A DNA stretch of 54,850 nt, filler included, from Sphacelaria rigidula (lineage: Eukaryota), in NCBI GenBank assembly GCA_964200075.2. It is 5 parts of 5 records of this genome, joined end to end, with 100 filler letters (N's around TTAATTAATTAA, not from the genome) between each part and the next. Parts side by side here need not be neighbours in the genome. Positions count along the whole stretch, not along the records: positions 21,983 to 32,872 come from CAXNAA020005727.1; positions 32,973 to 43,861 come from CAXNAA020005728.1; 3 more parts are not named here. One strand, written 5' to 3'. The notes beneath the pieces were generated by a model that saw only the letters and a list, made by a program, of their open reading frames with translations, made no database searches and was not told the DNA's origin. The position numbers and the translations under genes are program-made. The first letter of the stretch is position 1, and every line of letters begins with the position of its first letter. Shown here one piece after another: positions 23,384-35,683 of this stretch.

Positions 23384-26300
23384 CTATTTTTTTCGACTCT
23401 TTTGGTTGATGGAATGTTCCCTTACAAATCGGGACAGGGGCGGTCTTTCTTCTGTTGCTGCCGATGAGGATACTTGATCTGCCTCCCCGCCCACCAACGG
23501 CACAACTTCCGACAACGAAGTATCACACTCGGTCACCTCCATCCCCATGGAGCTAGAGCTTTTCGGGGGGAAGTCGTATCCTGCCATTTGCTGGAGAATA
23601 ACATGAGACGCGTAGGGGGGTGCATGACATTCGCCAGATATCACCCCACCCCTACCCCCGCCCAAAACCCACACAATTTTTAACTTTCCGGACCGTGGTT
23701 GTAGAAAATAATTGGGTACTGTACCCTTGCGAGAAGATTGATATCACTGGTCAGACGGGCAACAGGGGCCGTAGCAATTTTCCAGGAGTCATACCCCCAA
23801 AATCTTCGTATCGGGGAAAAATGTGGGTAGAGGCTACGAATGACATCGTCTTACTCTCCACCACATCGCAGATGTACTAATTATCCACGAAGATAAGAGT
23901 AGTCATATCTGAACGCTGTCCGACCCAAGCGAAATCAGCATCTGGCTCGGAAACAGCTGAGGCAACTGCGTATCTCGCACTGAAAAATAATGATGCCTGC
24001 GCGCTGCCCTGGACTGCCAGAAATCCGTAGGTGACGGAAAATTGCCGTGATAACCACGTATTACGGCTGGAAACCGTAAAAACCCATGAATGCCCCGCAA
24101 AATCGAACTCTGGGGGGAAGGAAGGGGGATTCGCTCCCGGGAAAAAATTCTCGATCTCCTCGGGCGAGGTCACATCTTCTGAGGATAGACTTGAAAATAT
24201 TTTTTGCTTTGACTTTCTGAATTTGGGGACGTCGGAGACTGCGTTCTCGCCCCACAGATTTCTGCATCGCCGCCACCTGACCTCGCATCACCTTTCTGCG
24301 CTAGCTCACATTCCGAGGGTGCTATGTGCGGATGAAATACATGCGTAGTAGGTGGTGGGTTCTGACTTTCAGCACACATTCTGTGTTGCAGACAGTGCAC
24401 AACAACGACGTCCCATCATCTCGGTTTCGCTTGTTCTTTTCGTGCCATTCAATTCTCCCGCTCTCACCATTTTACCATACATGCTTGTGATCGTGACACT
24501 CATTCATGCACGCGTGCTGCGGACCGTGCCAACGACACACGCACGTGAGTCTCTGGCGCATGGTTTGCTCGTCGGAAGAAATTTCCATGAACGAAATAAT
24601 TCATGACGACACTCGCGTTTTTCTCCGTTGCTCCCTCTCGTGCTTCTTCTTTTCCTTCGTCTCGTCGTTTGTACACCCGCAATTTCGCTTGGGTGTGGAT
24701 ACACTACGTTTTGTACACGGCTATGACACCACAGTCGGTACCGAACATGCAATTATGTACAGCAACAAGGCTTACGACATATGTAAACAACGATGTAAAC
24801 TCCGGATTATTTCGAATACCCTCTGCATATATCTCTCGGTCCCTGACTGGCTCGATTTCCAGAATTATCACTAGTTTCCGAGCGGCAAAGAGTTTTACTA
24901 GATCTGGGCGCACGGCACCTTGACATACAACGCACTGTAACAGTCTGAAACGGGGAAAAATGAGACGAACACGCTAGCGTTGGCGCCCCAACACGGCAAT
25001 ATTTACAAAACCAAAGACAAAAAAAAACTCGACAGGTCACTTTCCCGAAAGTCGATAAAGAAAACACCATTCGTAGACAAACTCTGGGTCACAAGTTCTT
25101 CACCAACAAAATCTACTCACTATTACTGTTGTCCCCAAAATCAAGCCTCTTCGCCACAGAAGACACGTCACCCCTACCCCTGACGCCACCATCGCTGCCG
25201 GAGTGACCACCCCTGTTGCGAGCACCCCCGCCAATGTCTTCGGCAACAATCTTGCTGCTAAGAACTCGGTTGCCGTTACCGTTGTTGTGGCTGCTGCTGG
25301 TACTGCTGCCAGCAGAGAGCAGCAGTGCCCTACTAGGCAAGGCGCGTCGGCCGGCGTGGATCTCTTCTGGGGAAAAGCCGTCGTGCGGCACCAGGGTGCA
25401 GTTCCCACGATCCACGGGACACGTGCCGTAGTACCTCCGCCGCCTACAGAAGCAGAACGCGAATGTGGGTAGTAGACACGTTGGTGGGGGTAGAAAGAGG
25501 AGCACACGTGAAGAGGGACGGGGGAGCGCAAAGGAGATCGGCATGGAAAAACTCTCTTGGAAACTATGCATGAAACTGGGCGTTCGTAAGAGTTCACGCG
25601 GGCAAAACTTGAGCCCTCGGGGGGTCAACAGCAACGTCACTGAGTTTGTGCGTGACAGTTTCCAGTATTGGAGATTAGCAGGACAACAAGTGCATGAGTT
25701 CAGCTAATCACATGTACGCTACACAGGATGTGGCTGATGCCGTCGCCCCTCCCCCCCCCCCCCCCCCCCGTCCCCTACGTCTCTCTCGATGGGAATTGCT
25801 TGGGACGGGCTCACGCAGGATCGTATGTGGAGAGGACGCATACCTGTTAACTCTATGAAGAAGGCGCCGAAATGTGCCGACAACGCGCAGTTTCAGTCCT
25901 ACCATCGCAAAAACCTCCACTTCATTCCCTTCTCTCCCCAATAACATGATGCGTGACCATTAGAGAGGTGTTTCGGGGCAAGACGAAGTCGATCGTCGCT
26001 ACGCTCGTGGAAATTGAGGTGGGGTGGCGGAGCGGCAGCGCAAAGTCGAAGCTGCTCGCAACATACAGCAGACGTCATGATTTATTGAGGGTTGGAAAAA
26101 GCGGCGAGGCCATGTGCTGCAAACATGGACCATATGTGCAACGTATTTATCCCAAAACACATTTGTACACACAAGGCAAAACACAAGCGTATGGCGGCCC
26201 TACCAGGACAATACAAAGACCACATGGCCGTATGAGCATCATGTAAGATCGGATAAACTTTTCGCGCACCCCGACGGTGTTTGAGTCTTGAATTCCTCCA

Positions 26301-26501
26301 CCAGCAGCTCGAAGTCGTGGTTCCGACACGTTGGGGCTGGTGCGCCCCCGCAGTTGCCCGTCCTGTCCCGGAACTCCACTCCTTCCACTAGCGCTAGACA
26401 GTCAATAGATGATAGACGGCAAGCACACCCATTTCATTTTCAGAGGTCGGTACTGCTGGCCGACAAAAAGACAGGCAGGTACTTTGTGCGGAAGCGCTGT
26501 G

Positions 26502-26537
<36 letters not shown>

Positions 26538-29500
26538 TTCATTCGACGAGGCGGACCAGGCACACCACAAAATCGAACTGTCAGCCCCTGGTCACATTGC
26601 TCTCCAAGGATGTGGTGAGAGAGCATGCGGGTTTATGATCAACAACCAAATCCAATGCAACTAGAAAAATGAGCTAATCTCAGCGAAAAATAGGTAGTGA
26701 CGGCGTTTTGTACTCGGTGTTTCCACATCACGAAACAAATATACGGGAAATACATCCACGAGCATACCGCGAGTAAACATGGGCTCTTGAAAAGAAAAAG
26801 GTACGCCGGTATCCACCTCAATGCGTCATGCGAACTACCGTACGTGCAAGTAACACCTCCGTATTAGATGCTGCGAATTTGTCCCATAAGCGCCGACGGA
26901 AACGGCAAGGAAACGCCGTGATAGCATAATGTTCTTTTCTGGCCACAATTACTTTTACACAAATGCACAACTCCGCAATTTGCATCTGAATTTAGTCTCT
27001 CCCCACCGGGTACAGAAAACGCCTCTCCACGACCACGAGTATAATACTGTCTGCGGGTACACACTCGGAAACAGACTGACAAGCCCCGCCGTTATGTATA
27101 CCTATATTATTATAGGATCCTTGCAAAATCCTTCGTGCTGTGTGCATGCCCTTCTACAATCGTGGCTCGGCGTTCGCGCAAAGTAGTGCCAGCATTAGGA
27201 TAAACCGGAACGAGAACAGTTGTCAGCTCTTCACTGTGTGTGTGTGTGTTGTCATCCCATTTATTCTGGACGCCGGTCTACACCTTTCGGTATATGTGGG
27301 CGCACCAGCCGGGGTCACATACGAGGAAGGTCAACACCGGAGTTTTTTCTTTTTTCGTGTGTTTTTCAGTACTCCACCTTCCTCCTGCGGTGCTTGCCTT
27401 TTTTATCGTGAGAGGGGTTCAGCGGTCCCTTTCCCTCGTCGACCGGTGAGTCGTTATTTATTTTGTTCATTGCGTAGCAGATGTGCCCGACGTTTTTTTC
27501 TTTGTCCGTCAATTGGCACGAGTATTGCGGGGCAAAATTATTGTTTCACGGCGGAAATCCACTTGAAATACTTGGGGGGGATAGTGTGCAATGCACGAGA
27601 TCCTGAGTAAACCGCACGAGGAATTCAATGGGAAGGAAATCCAGTCCCGCTACTTGTACAAGTATGTGGCAGTATATGTCGATGACCATTGTCCACCTTG
27701 ACAATCAAAGGCCTTGCTCTGTCTTCGAGTACCCTGAACCTTTTTGATTGCGAAGCTTTTTGGGGCATTCAGTTCAGAACAGTTGTGCATGTAAAATCAA
27801 GCAGCGTCATTTACATTTGGCATACATCGACTCACTGGAAAATGACAGCATGCACGCACTTCGCAGTCAAGAGGTTTGGCCGCACAAATGGGTGACCTAC
27901 CGTTCGTCTTCCCATGGACAAAAGATAACCTCGGACCGCATGCTCAAAACAAGACTTATTCTAAACAGCTCACCGCTCGCTGTTCGCAGCGCCACTCTTA
28001 AGGAATCGAGAGTCATGTTCTGCTTCGAACCCCAGAGCTGATCGCCGCAAGCAGTCGTTCGCCAAGACTGGTTGGTTTGTAAAAGGAGGGTTGCGTCGGA
28101 AGCTTTGTGAGTCAGTGTGACACCCAGCATGGCAGGGGAGTAGGACGTTCGAAGGACAGACGGTAACACGATATAAGATGCACGAACGACGTCTTGCATG
28201 CGCAGGATGCCCAAAAACTCTGCACAAAATGGCCCTTGTGGATCCGGTGCCTACCGCATGCTCCTGACTAGCAGCGCAGTGCAATTATCAAACCACGACG
28301 ACACATATTGCAATAACTACCACCAATACTACCACCACCACCAAATAACAACGGCGAAGCAGACGCAGCAAATACCAGGCGACAACAAAGATCACACGTA
28401 CAGCAGAAAGCAACACATCGTCAACACACACATACCTGAGTGACCTCGCGCCAAGCGAGCAGCCCTTCCATTACCCCACCTCCCCGGAGCAAGCACTCCA
28501 ATACATGCACCGCCGTCGCATCATGATGGCCACCATCGCTGGCGCCTCCTCCCACTTTGACTTCCAGCACTGGAAGCACGTGCGGCACCAACGCGGCCAT
28601 CTTGCCGTCGCCGCCGCCTGGTAAAAACCTCGGGCGAGTGGGCTCGGGTGCGAAGTCGAACGAAATCCACGTGTTAGGCTCGCCACAGGACTGCACCAGC
28701 TTCCGCACTGGCCAGCTTCCGACGCCACCACCCATAGATTGGTTGTATTCTGCACGGTGCCGCTTTCCTCCTTGCGCGCCGTCCGCTGCTGCTGCGCCAT
28801 CACCCACCGCACCGGAGGAGCCGCGGACTGTGCAGTCTTCGCGGGATATGGGAGTAGCAAGCACATCACCGTGGTCCGCATCTCGTTTCCTGCTCTGGTG
28901 GTCGCCGCCATTCCCTCCATCTCCAATGATGGGCCGCGATGCAGTGATGGGTGAGCGGCGATCGTCCGGCGTCACCACATCCTCACACCGCTCTTTCCGC
29001 TGCCTCGGGGTGTTGACCGTCACGGCCGCCTGGGAGAAGGATAAGCGGTGATGATGACCAGGCGAAGGCGGGGTGTCTGGCGGGGAGCACTCTTCCTCCC
29101 CGAACGACTGCTGGCTTAGTGTTTGCTGGCTCAAAGATGGGTCAATGTCGTTGCGACAGCAACCGCCTTCGCTGCCAGAAGCTGCAGCTGCGGCGAACAC
29201 GCCGCCGTTCGCCGGGGCATCTGGCGGCGGCGGCTGCAGCGCGGGGAACTCGGGTTTATCCGGGACGGGCAAGTCGTCGTCTCGGCAGCGCCGACGAACG
29301 CTTTCGATTTTCTCCTCCACTTCCGTCCGGGTTAACGGGCTGGGGGTGATATACTTGGCGCCTTCGCAATCCCATTTCAAGTTTAGGCCTAGACTATTCC
29401 CGTTCCTGCTACTGCCGTTGCTCTCGCCATATGTGAGAAACTGACGTAGGCTGTAGATCATGCCACAATTGACCAGCTCTAAGATGTAAGTGATGGCCGC

Positions 29501-30577
29501 AGTCGGCGTCGGCGTCGGCATCGCTGGTTGTTCGGGATACGCCCCTTGCTCCCCCGAGAGCCGTCGACGCAACACGAACCGCGGCGGCGACAACACGGGC
29601 TCACGCTCAGAAATGTCGGTCGCAAGATCATCGTCGCTCCAAGTAAACGAGTCAGATGCCTCTGTCCCAGTCGCAACAACAGCCGCGGGGGGCGCCGCTG
29701 CCGCCGTCGCATGGGCGCGGGGTGCAGGCGTCTGGAGCAGTGAGACCTGATGTTGAGACGGTTGTGTCAGGGTGCAAGGTGCCGTGCTTCTCCCTCTCTC
29801 GCTCCCGGTCGTTCCGCCCCCAGTAATAACGTTGTCAGAGCCATTGCGGCTCATATCGGCAAGCCTCCCTGGCTTCAGCTCAGATTTTACCAGTTTACTG
29901 AGGTGAGCATCGCCCACCGCACCGCCGCCGTCGCCGCCTATCTTGCTGTTGCTTACACAGCGGGAGGCATAAGGGTTGTGGACGACGACTGTCGGACGCG
30001 AGGAACTGATCACGACCGGCGACCGAGCGGCAGCGGCAACATCGCAGGAGCTACTACTGCTACTAGGGTACCTGTTCCCGTCTTTGTGCGTCGCGGCATG
30101 TTGGCTCGCAAACGCAGCTGAAGAAGAGTGGAAAGGGCTATTGACGTTAATTTTCGCACAGTTATTACTTGTGAAATTTGTTGCTGAAACCGTGGAAGTA
30201 GTGGTAACATCGCTTGCGGCGGCAGCGGCTGCTACTGCCTCTCCCACTGCTGTACTCGTGCCGTTCAGCGTTCCGGGTGCGACGCTGAGCTCGACGCTCT
30301 TTTTTGCGCACTCCTCCCGAATTTGATTGATTTTGTTGGTGATTTCTGCAGGAGAGAGAGGGGAGCCGCTCACCCATTCCTTGTTGGGATTTTCAGGATA
30401 CTTGTACCGGAAGTTTAGCTGATTCTTGAGGAATTCCTTGATTGGGTACGCGTTGGTGGCGACCAGGTACCCAGGGCCTTCGTCTGGATTTGGCCGTCGC
30501 TTGGATATGGTGACGATGTTACGCCTGCTGCTCCATGAACCCGACGTCGAGTACTTGGCGTAGCGTGATCCGCTCAT
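23384..30577 (-). CDS. Multi-exon gene for a large, mostly disordered protein with an F-box-like motif and two N-terminal internal repeats
   Basis: Exon 1 30577-28436 (ATG; 714 codons; CAG|gtatgt). Proposed further exons: 28067-27974, 26938-26857 (weak), 26393-26270, 26051-25903, 25443-25178, 24918-24820, 23580-23384 (TAG), all phase-compatible. The exon 1/2 junction gives DATAVHVLECLL..GVMEGLLAWREVTQ|SWRTTACGDQLW, resembling the F-box consensus. Confidence 0.7.
26502..26537. repeat. (ATT)n microsatellite
   Basis: Direct reading. Confidence 0.95.
27235..27455 (-). mobile_element. 5'-truncated copy of the SINE
   Basis: (TG)n followed by CCCATTTATTCTGG...GGAAGGTCAAC...GGGGTTCAGC.GTCCCTTTCCCTCGTCGACCG, the reverse complement of 10530-10744. 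Confidence 0.88.
28436..30577 (-). CDS. First, 2142-nt exon of the F-box-like gene
   Basis: Longest ORF of the window (725 aa in the track), GC-rich Ala/Gly/Ser/Pro composition, ends at a strong donor site. Confidence 0.9.
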
Positions 30578-31966
30578 GCAGCCAGTCGAGGATGACACGT
30601 CAATCCTTCGCAGCTTGCCTGCCTGCCCACGTGCTACGGTGCAGTGGAGTAAGTTATACGAACGTTCAGGAATCCCTCAATATTTGGTACCCAGTTTATC
30701 ATGACTGAAGATCGGTTCTAGAGACCGCTGGTCCTGTAAGCAAGAGAGAGACGCACTGGGATATGCGCCGCTCGCTGTCCAAAAGTCGATGTACGGTACA
30801 CTACCGAAGCGGCCTCTTGTTGCAACCCCTCTCACAATTAAATTCTCGGGGTGTGTGTGTCCCACGGAGGTTGGGCGCTTGTAAATGACCGTTACATGGT
30901 AGTTGCAACGGCGCTTTATGTCCTGTACAGAGAGTACAGAGATCTACGCTGCTCAGCACAACACTATATACCAGCGAGAGTATAAAAACATGGCTTTCAC
31001 GGTCCATATGCTTCACTGTCTGCACAAATACCGTAATTCAATGGTGTAGTACACCATAGCGCCATAAGAGCGCCGCAGCAGGCTGGCTCTCTCCAACCCC
31101 GGTGACCCTTCAGATTCGGTACAACGAAGACTTTCAGGCTGAAAAGACGGCCCGCAATGCATGACACTCTGGTGCATCAAGCGCGCGTCGTTCATACCCC
31201 CCCTCCTCTCCACTGTACCTCCTCTTCAAAAATAACGGAGGGGCTGTACAAGTATTCGGTGAATAATACTCATGACGGGTCGACCGACCAGGGTTCCGTT
31301 TGCGCATGCGTAATACATGCACGACGATGGTGAGAGTGTTTTGAACCCCGACAGCCAGGTTCGTCGCTCGGCAGTAATGCAGGTGGGTGACAGTTTTTCC
31401 AACATTGACTTTCTCGACAATCCACGGACAACGCACTTCGCCACCAATTTATGCTCCTGGATATAAAGTCGGGTAAGATAGTTAGACGGGTGATACTGTA
31501 GTAGCGAGGGTTCTTGCTTCTCGAGAAAATTGAAGGTCGAGGAACTTTCACTGAGGGGTGTTAGATCCCGTCATTTTATGGTACGCAAAATCATATGTCC
31601 TGCATTAATTAAAGCACCCACCTGGTTGATAGCTACAGCCTCGTGCAAAGCGCACACACACCAAATGACGCACCCGATGCACAAAACAGATGGTTCAGGG
31701 TTCAGTACGGCACCTTACACATTACAACCCTCCCAGTGAGGTTGCACATCGTTTTGCCCCGAACAACATGTAGTAACAGGGTGGTTCAACAATCTGCACG
31801 GTGGTACACATGAAAAAAAATAAAATGAACAAAATGGAGACCACTACAGAACAGACAGTCACAGACTGCAGTCAACAGTACTGTGTAGTTGTACGTTGAC
31901 CCAGGTTATCCTCATTCGAGAACCGTTTGAAAAATATACAACGACAAACTCCGAACGGGAGTGTTA

Positions 31967-32076
31967 TGTGTGTGTGTTGTCGTCCCATTTATTCTGGGCG
32001 CCAGTCTACCCCTTTCGGGATATGTGGGCGCATCAGCCGGGGTCACACAGGAGGAAGGTCAACACAGGAGCTTTTT
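31967..32076 (-). mobile_element. 5'-truncated copy of the SINE
   Basis: (TG)n CGTCCCATTTATTCTGGGCGCCAGTCTA...GGAGGAAGGTCAACACAGGA matches the SINE 3' end. Confidence 0.88.
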
Positions 32077-32335
32077 GAGGAACGGGAATTTATGTTCGTT
32101 TTCCAGGCTCTTTCCAGGGCACAGGACTCAAGCAGCTCACAAGCAACTCAAACAAAAGGGGCATGCACGATTACTACGGAGGCGGAACTCCCGCAAATAA
32201 GTGGACTAACAGTGTAGCACATGGGGAAGAATCGCCGGCGTGAGGTGTCAACCCCCCAGCTCAGGCAGAAGAAAGGAGATGGGAGACCTCGTTTGACGCC
32301 GGCTCTTTTTTGTTGTCCCACCAATTCGGGCCACA

Positions 32336-32363
32336 TTGTTGTTGTTGTTGTTGTTGTTGTTGT
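32336..32363. repeat. (TTG)n microsatellite
   Basis: Direct reading. Confidence 0.95.
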
Positions 32364-32872
32364 CTTCACATTAATATCAGAGCAATAATTCACAGATGCG
32401 ACATGTTTGAGAAAAATCGCTGGGCGCGGGTCGCCCGAAATCAACGCGGAAGCGGAGATATATCGCATCGGGCTCCTGCCACTACGAAGAATAGCGGATA
32501 TTTCCTACTTCAATTCTGCCGAAGGACGACACAATAAGAGTTAGTGTTGGGTATCGTATCGACAGTTTCGATACATCGTATCGTTTGCTCCTCTCGTGAA
32601 TGTGGAATATTTGTTATTAATTTGAATACCAAATGTGACGCAACGCAAACCAAATCATACCGCAACATGCACCTTGGTGCATGTGATCCTTGCCGCCAAT
32701 GTATTCCCTACTGTACGCCTGTTAAAGTCTCCTCTGAAATCGTGTTAACAACGCCACTCCAGGATCCTGTCCCTCCCGGTCCGACTACGATGTTACTGTA
32801 CACTTGACCCGGTGGTGAAACCACGAAGAGACTATACATACCCCGGGTGGGTGGGTGGGAGAAACGACGGAA

Positions 32873-32972
32873 NNNNNNNNNNNNNNNNNNNNNNNNNNNN
32901 NNNNNNNNNNNNNNNNTTAATTAATTAANNNNNNNNNNNNNNNNNNNNNNNNNNNNNNNNNNNNNNNNNNNN
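32873..32972. other. Artificial contig spacer
   Basis: Same N44-TTAATTAATTAA-N44 block. Confidence 0.99.
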
Positions 32973-34104
32973 TAGGTGCACCTAGCCACAGCTGCTTAAG
33001 TGCTGCAGACATTTGGGGGGGAAGATGGCTTCGCTCGGTCGTAAGTGTTTCGCGTCATCCCTGCAAAAGAGAAATGCCACTCCAACCTCATTTGTTTATG
33101 AACCCCATTTTCCAGGATCCACTGTTATTGGTGGCCGCGTGGCAGATCCTACTGTAATTAGCAATATATATTGGTGGCCGCAATTCAGAGCCTATTGCAA
33201 CAAAAAGAATGTATCGATGGACAACTTGGCAGCTCCATTACCACGGCTAGGATACATTTTGTCCCTTGTACCGAATCTATTGTCGCCTGCAATAGCTATC
33301 GATAGACATTGATGACAATCAACTATGACTGGCAATAGATGTTGGCATTCCAATTTTCGGGGCTAGTGCAGCGCCAATGTTCTATCACATAGCCTATTGT
33401 CCAGGGTACAAGCACATGCTCATCAGAGGGACAACCATAAGTACCGACACCACACCAACAACAAAACTCGTAACCTTTTGTCCACGCATATTGCGGATTC
33501 CTACAAAATACAAGCGTTCCAAAAATTGTGGAAGCGTGATATGTTCACAAGAGTATCATCATATATATAGCGGCATGTCCACTTGCGGCTTCTAAATCGT
33601 ACTTAACCGAAGTATAATATACTATGTATGTAGTATGTTGCAATGTAGCTGTGGCAGTAGACGACAGAGAATATCTATCGGTAGGCATTGTATACCACAC
33701 TGTAGATTCTGGTATGTATCTATCGATATTCTTTTCCACCATATATAATAGGTTTTGTACGCAATCTACCGATAGACATTGCCGCCATCAATAGATTTGG
33801 AAAACTAGCGATCCATACATTTGGTCGGCCGCAAAATATTTCGGTGTAGAGCCACAAGAGACTGCTACCCAGACAAAAGTGTGGGAAACTGGTCTATCGA
33901 AAGACATTACCGACGACAATGGAGAAATAAACTTTCCGATCGATGGCCATTACGGACGACAGTATTTGTATCTACTGCATCAGATTCTATTGATATTGCC
34001 CTAGACGCTGTCTAATGTCCAGGGTGTGGAGAATATCACCGTGACTACGCATTCAGAGGGTCGCATGCAATAGAAGTTGTTCCCAAGACACTACAACTGT
34101 ACTA

Positions 34105-34410
34105 CCACATCGCAGATATTCCTGATGGATACCCATCTGGGATGTAAACGTCCATTGGGATACCCAGCTGGGATATTACATCCACCTGAGACATCCACGT
34201 GGGATGTGAACGTCTATCCGGGATATGGACATTCCAAATGGATATCCTAGGTGAACATTCCAGATAGATTTCGATATCCCAGATGGATATCGATGTCCCA
34301 AATGGATGCCCATAGCCCAGGTAAATGTTCATGTCCCAACAGGAAATTCCAGACACACCCCAGATGGGTCTGGAATCCCACACAGATATCGCACGGCGAC
34401 ATCGATACTG
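34105..34410. repeat. Degenerate GATATCCCAGATGGATATC-type repeat element
   Basis: ~20-bp degenerate units; similar tracts at 36405-36550, 36800-37045 and 37630-37860. Confidence 0.7.
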
Positions 34411-35683
34411 GAGCGGGGGTACCCCCTGCCTGGGTTTGCTCGTGACACTTGTGCACACAAGCTTCTCTACACGCGGTCGAGGAACGGTCATGTCACGATG
34501 ATGTGACAGGTAAGACATGAGCAATCCTACCACTACTGGGGCAAGAATAAGGTAGTAGTCGATTGTGCTGTACACTCAACCGACATTATTGGAGTGCACA
34601 AAGGATCGCGTTCCACCTATCGGGAGAGCTCATACGAACATGTACCGTGAACAGTTGATGCCTGGCTTAGACATATTTGGTCTGTACTGCACTGCATTAC
34701 ACCACGAGAGAGTACTGCCTGAAATCATGAGCGGTGATGAACACGGGTCATTTCAATCATCATACAAAATGCACCACGTCGATGTCAAAATGAATATACT
34801 AGCGGCCTCTACACTGAAAACCAGCCCTTTTCGCGCTTCGGTGGCCGCACGACCACCCACATATATATATATAAGCATCACAAAAGTTATATCAACTGTC
34901 GAAAACGAAACGTCCGTCTAAAACAAAATGATATGATGCGTGGCACTATGGGTTATATCACGTCTAACGTCTGTCAGAGACGATGGGGATAAAACACAAA
35001 GAATAAGCGGCGTGAACAAAATACCGTTGTGATTTTTATGACACAGCTCGTGGCAATGAAACTCGAATGCAGTTATTTTTTCACGTGTCTGACGTTACAC
35101 TTTGCGAAAACTGTTTGACTGCGCATGGGGTAATAAATTCATGGTCTCGCCATGACGGCAATGCTGTGGTACCTTCTTGAAGGCATCATGGGAATACCAC
35201 AGCAACACTGCTATGATGGTACCTTTCTCGTATACTCATGAAGGTACAAAGAATAACTCCGGCCACAGCACCATCAATCTTTTTTCTGCCACTATTGTGA
35301 GACCTACTACCCTTACGACTAGCATTGTGTACTTCGTGATTATACCATACAGACTAGTTATTTACACATCCCTGCCTCTGAACTGTAAGAGTTCCTACCT
35401 ACACATTTTCCGATGACCTCAATCCAGAGAAAACCCATCGATGTACACGCGAAGGCGGAAGCCGGGGATGACATCGCACACAGATCGACGAATGTACATC
35501 TACCACTTGAACTAAATTTCCTTTCTTATCGCTCTGAATCGTTACCATGCAGCACAAGCAACCTCTGTATCACAGCCTTGTCCCTGATTTGTATCCGTGT
35601 AGATCGATGGCGTCAATGAATAAGGGCCGACGACCGCTCACGTTTACCCGCCGCGACGAATCAGTCATGGCTGACTCATGTCA

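Noticed and set aside
28471..30377. Many overlapping ORFs on both strands
   Set aside because: Shadow frames of the GC-rich 2.1-kb exon
31317..31382. Possible first exon MHDDGESVLNPDSQVRRSAVMQ|gtgggt divergent from the F-box-like gene
   Set aside because: Too short and no downstream exon could be linked; not supportable
33405..33435. Hammerhead ribozyme cores (CTGATGA on minus here; plus at ~47449)
   Set aside because: No correctly placed GAAA or closing stems
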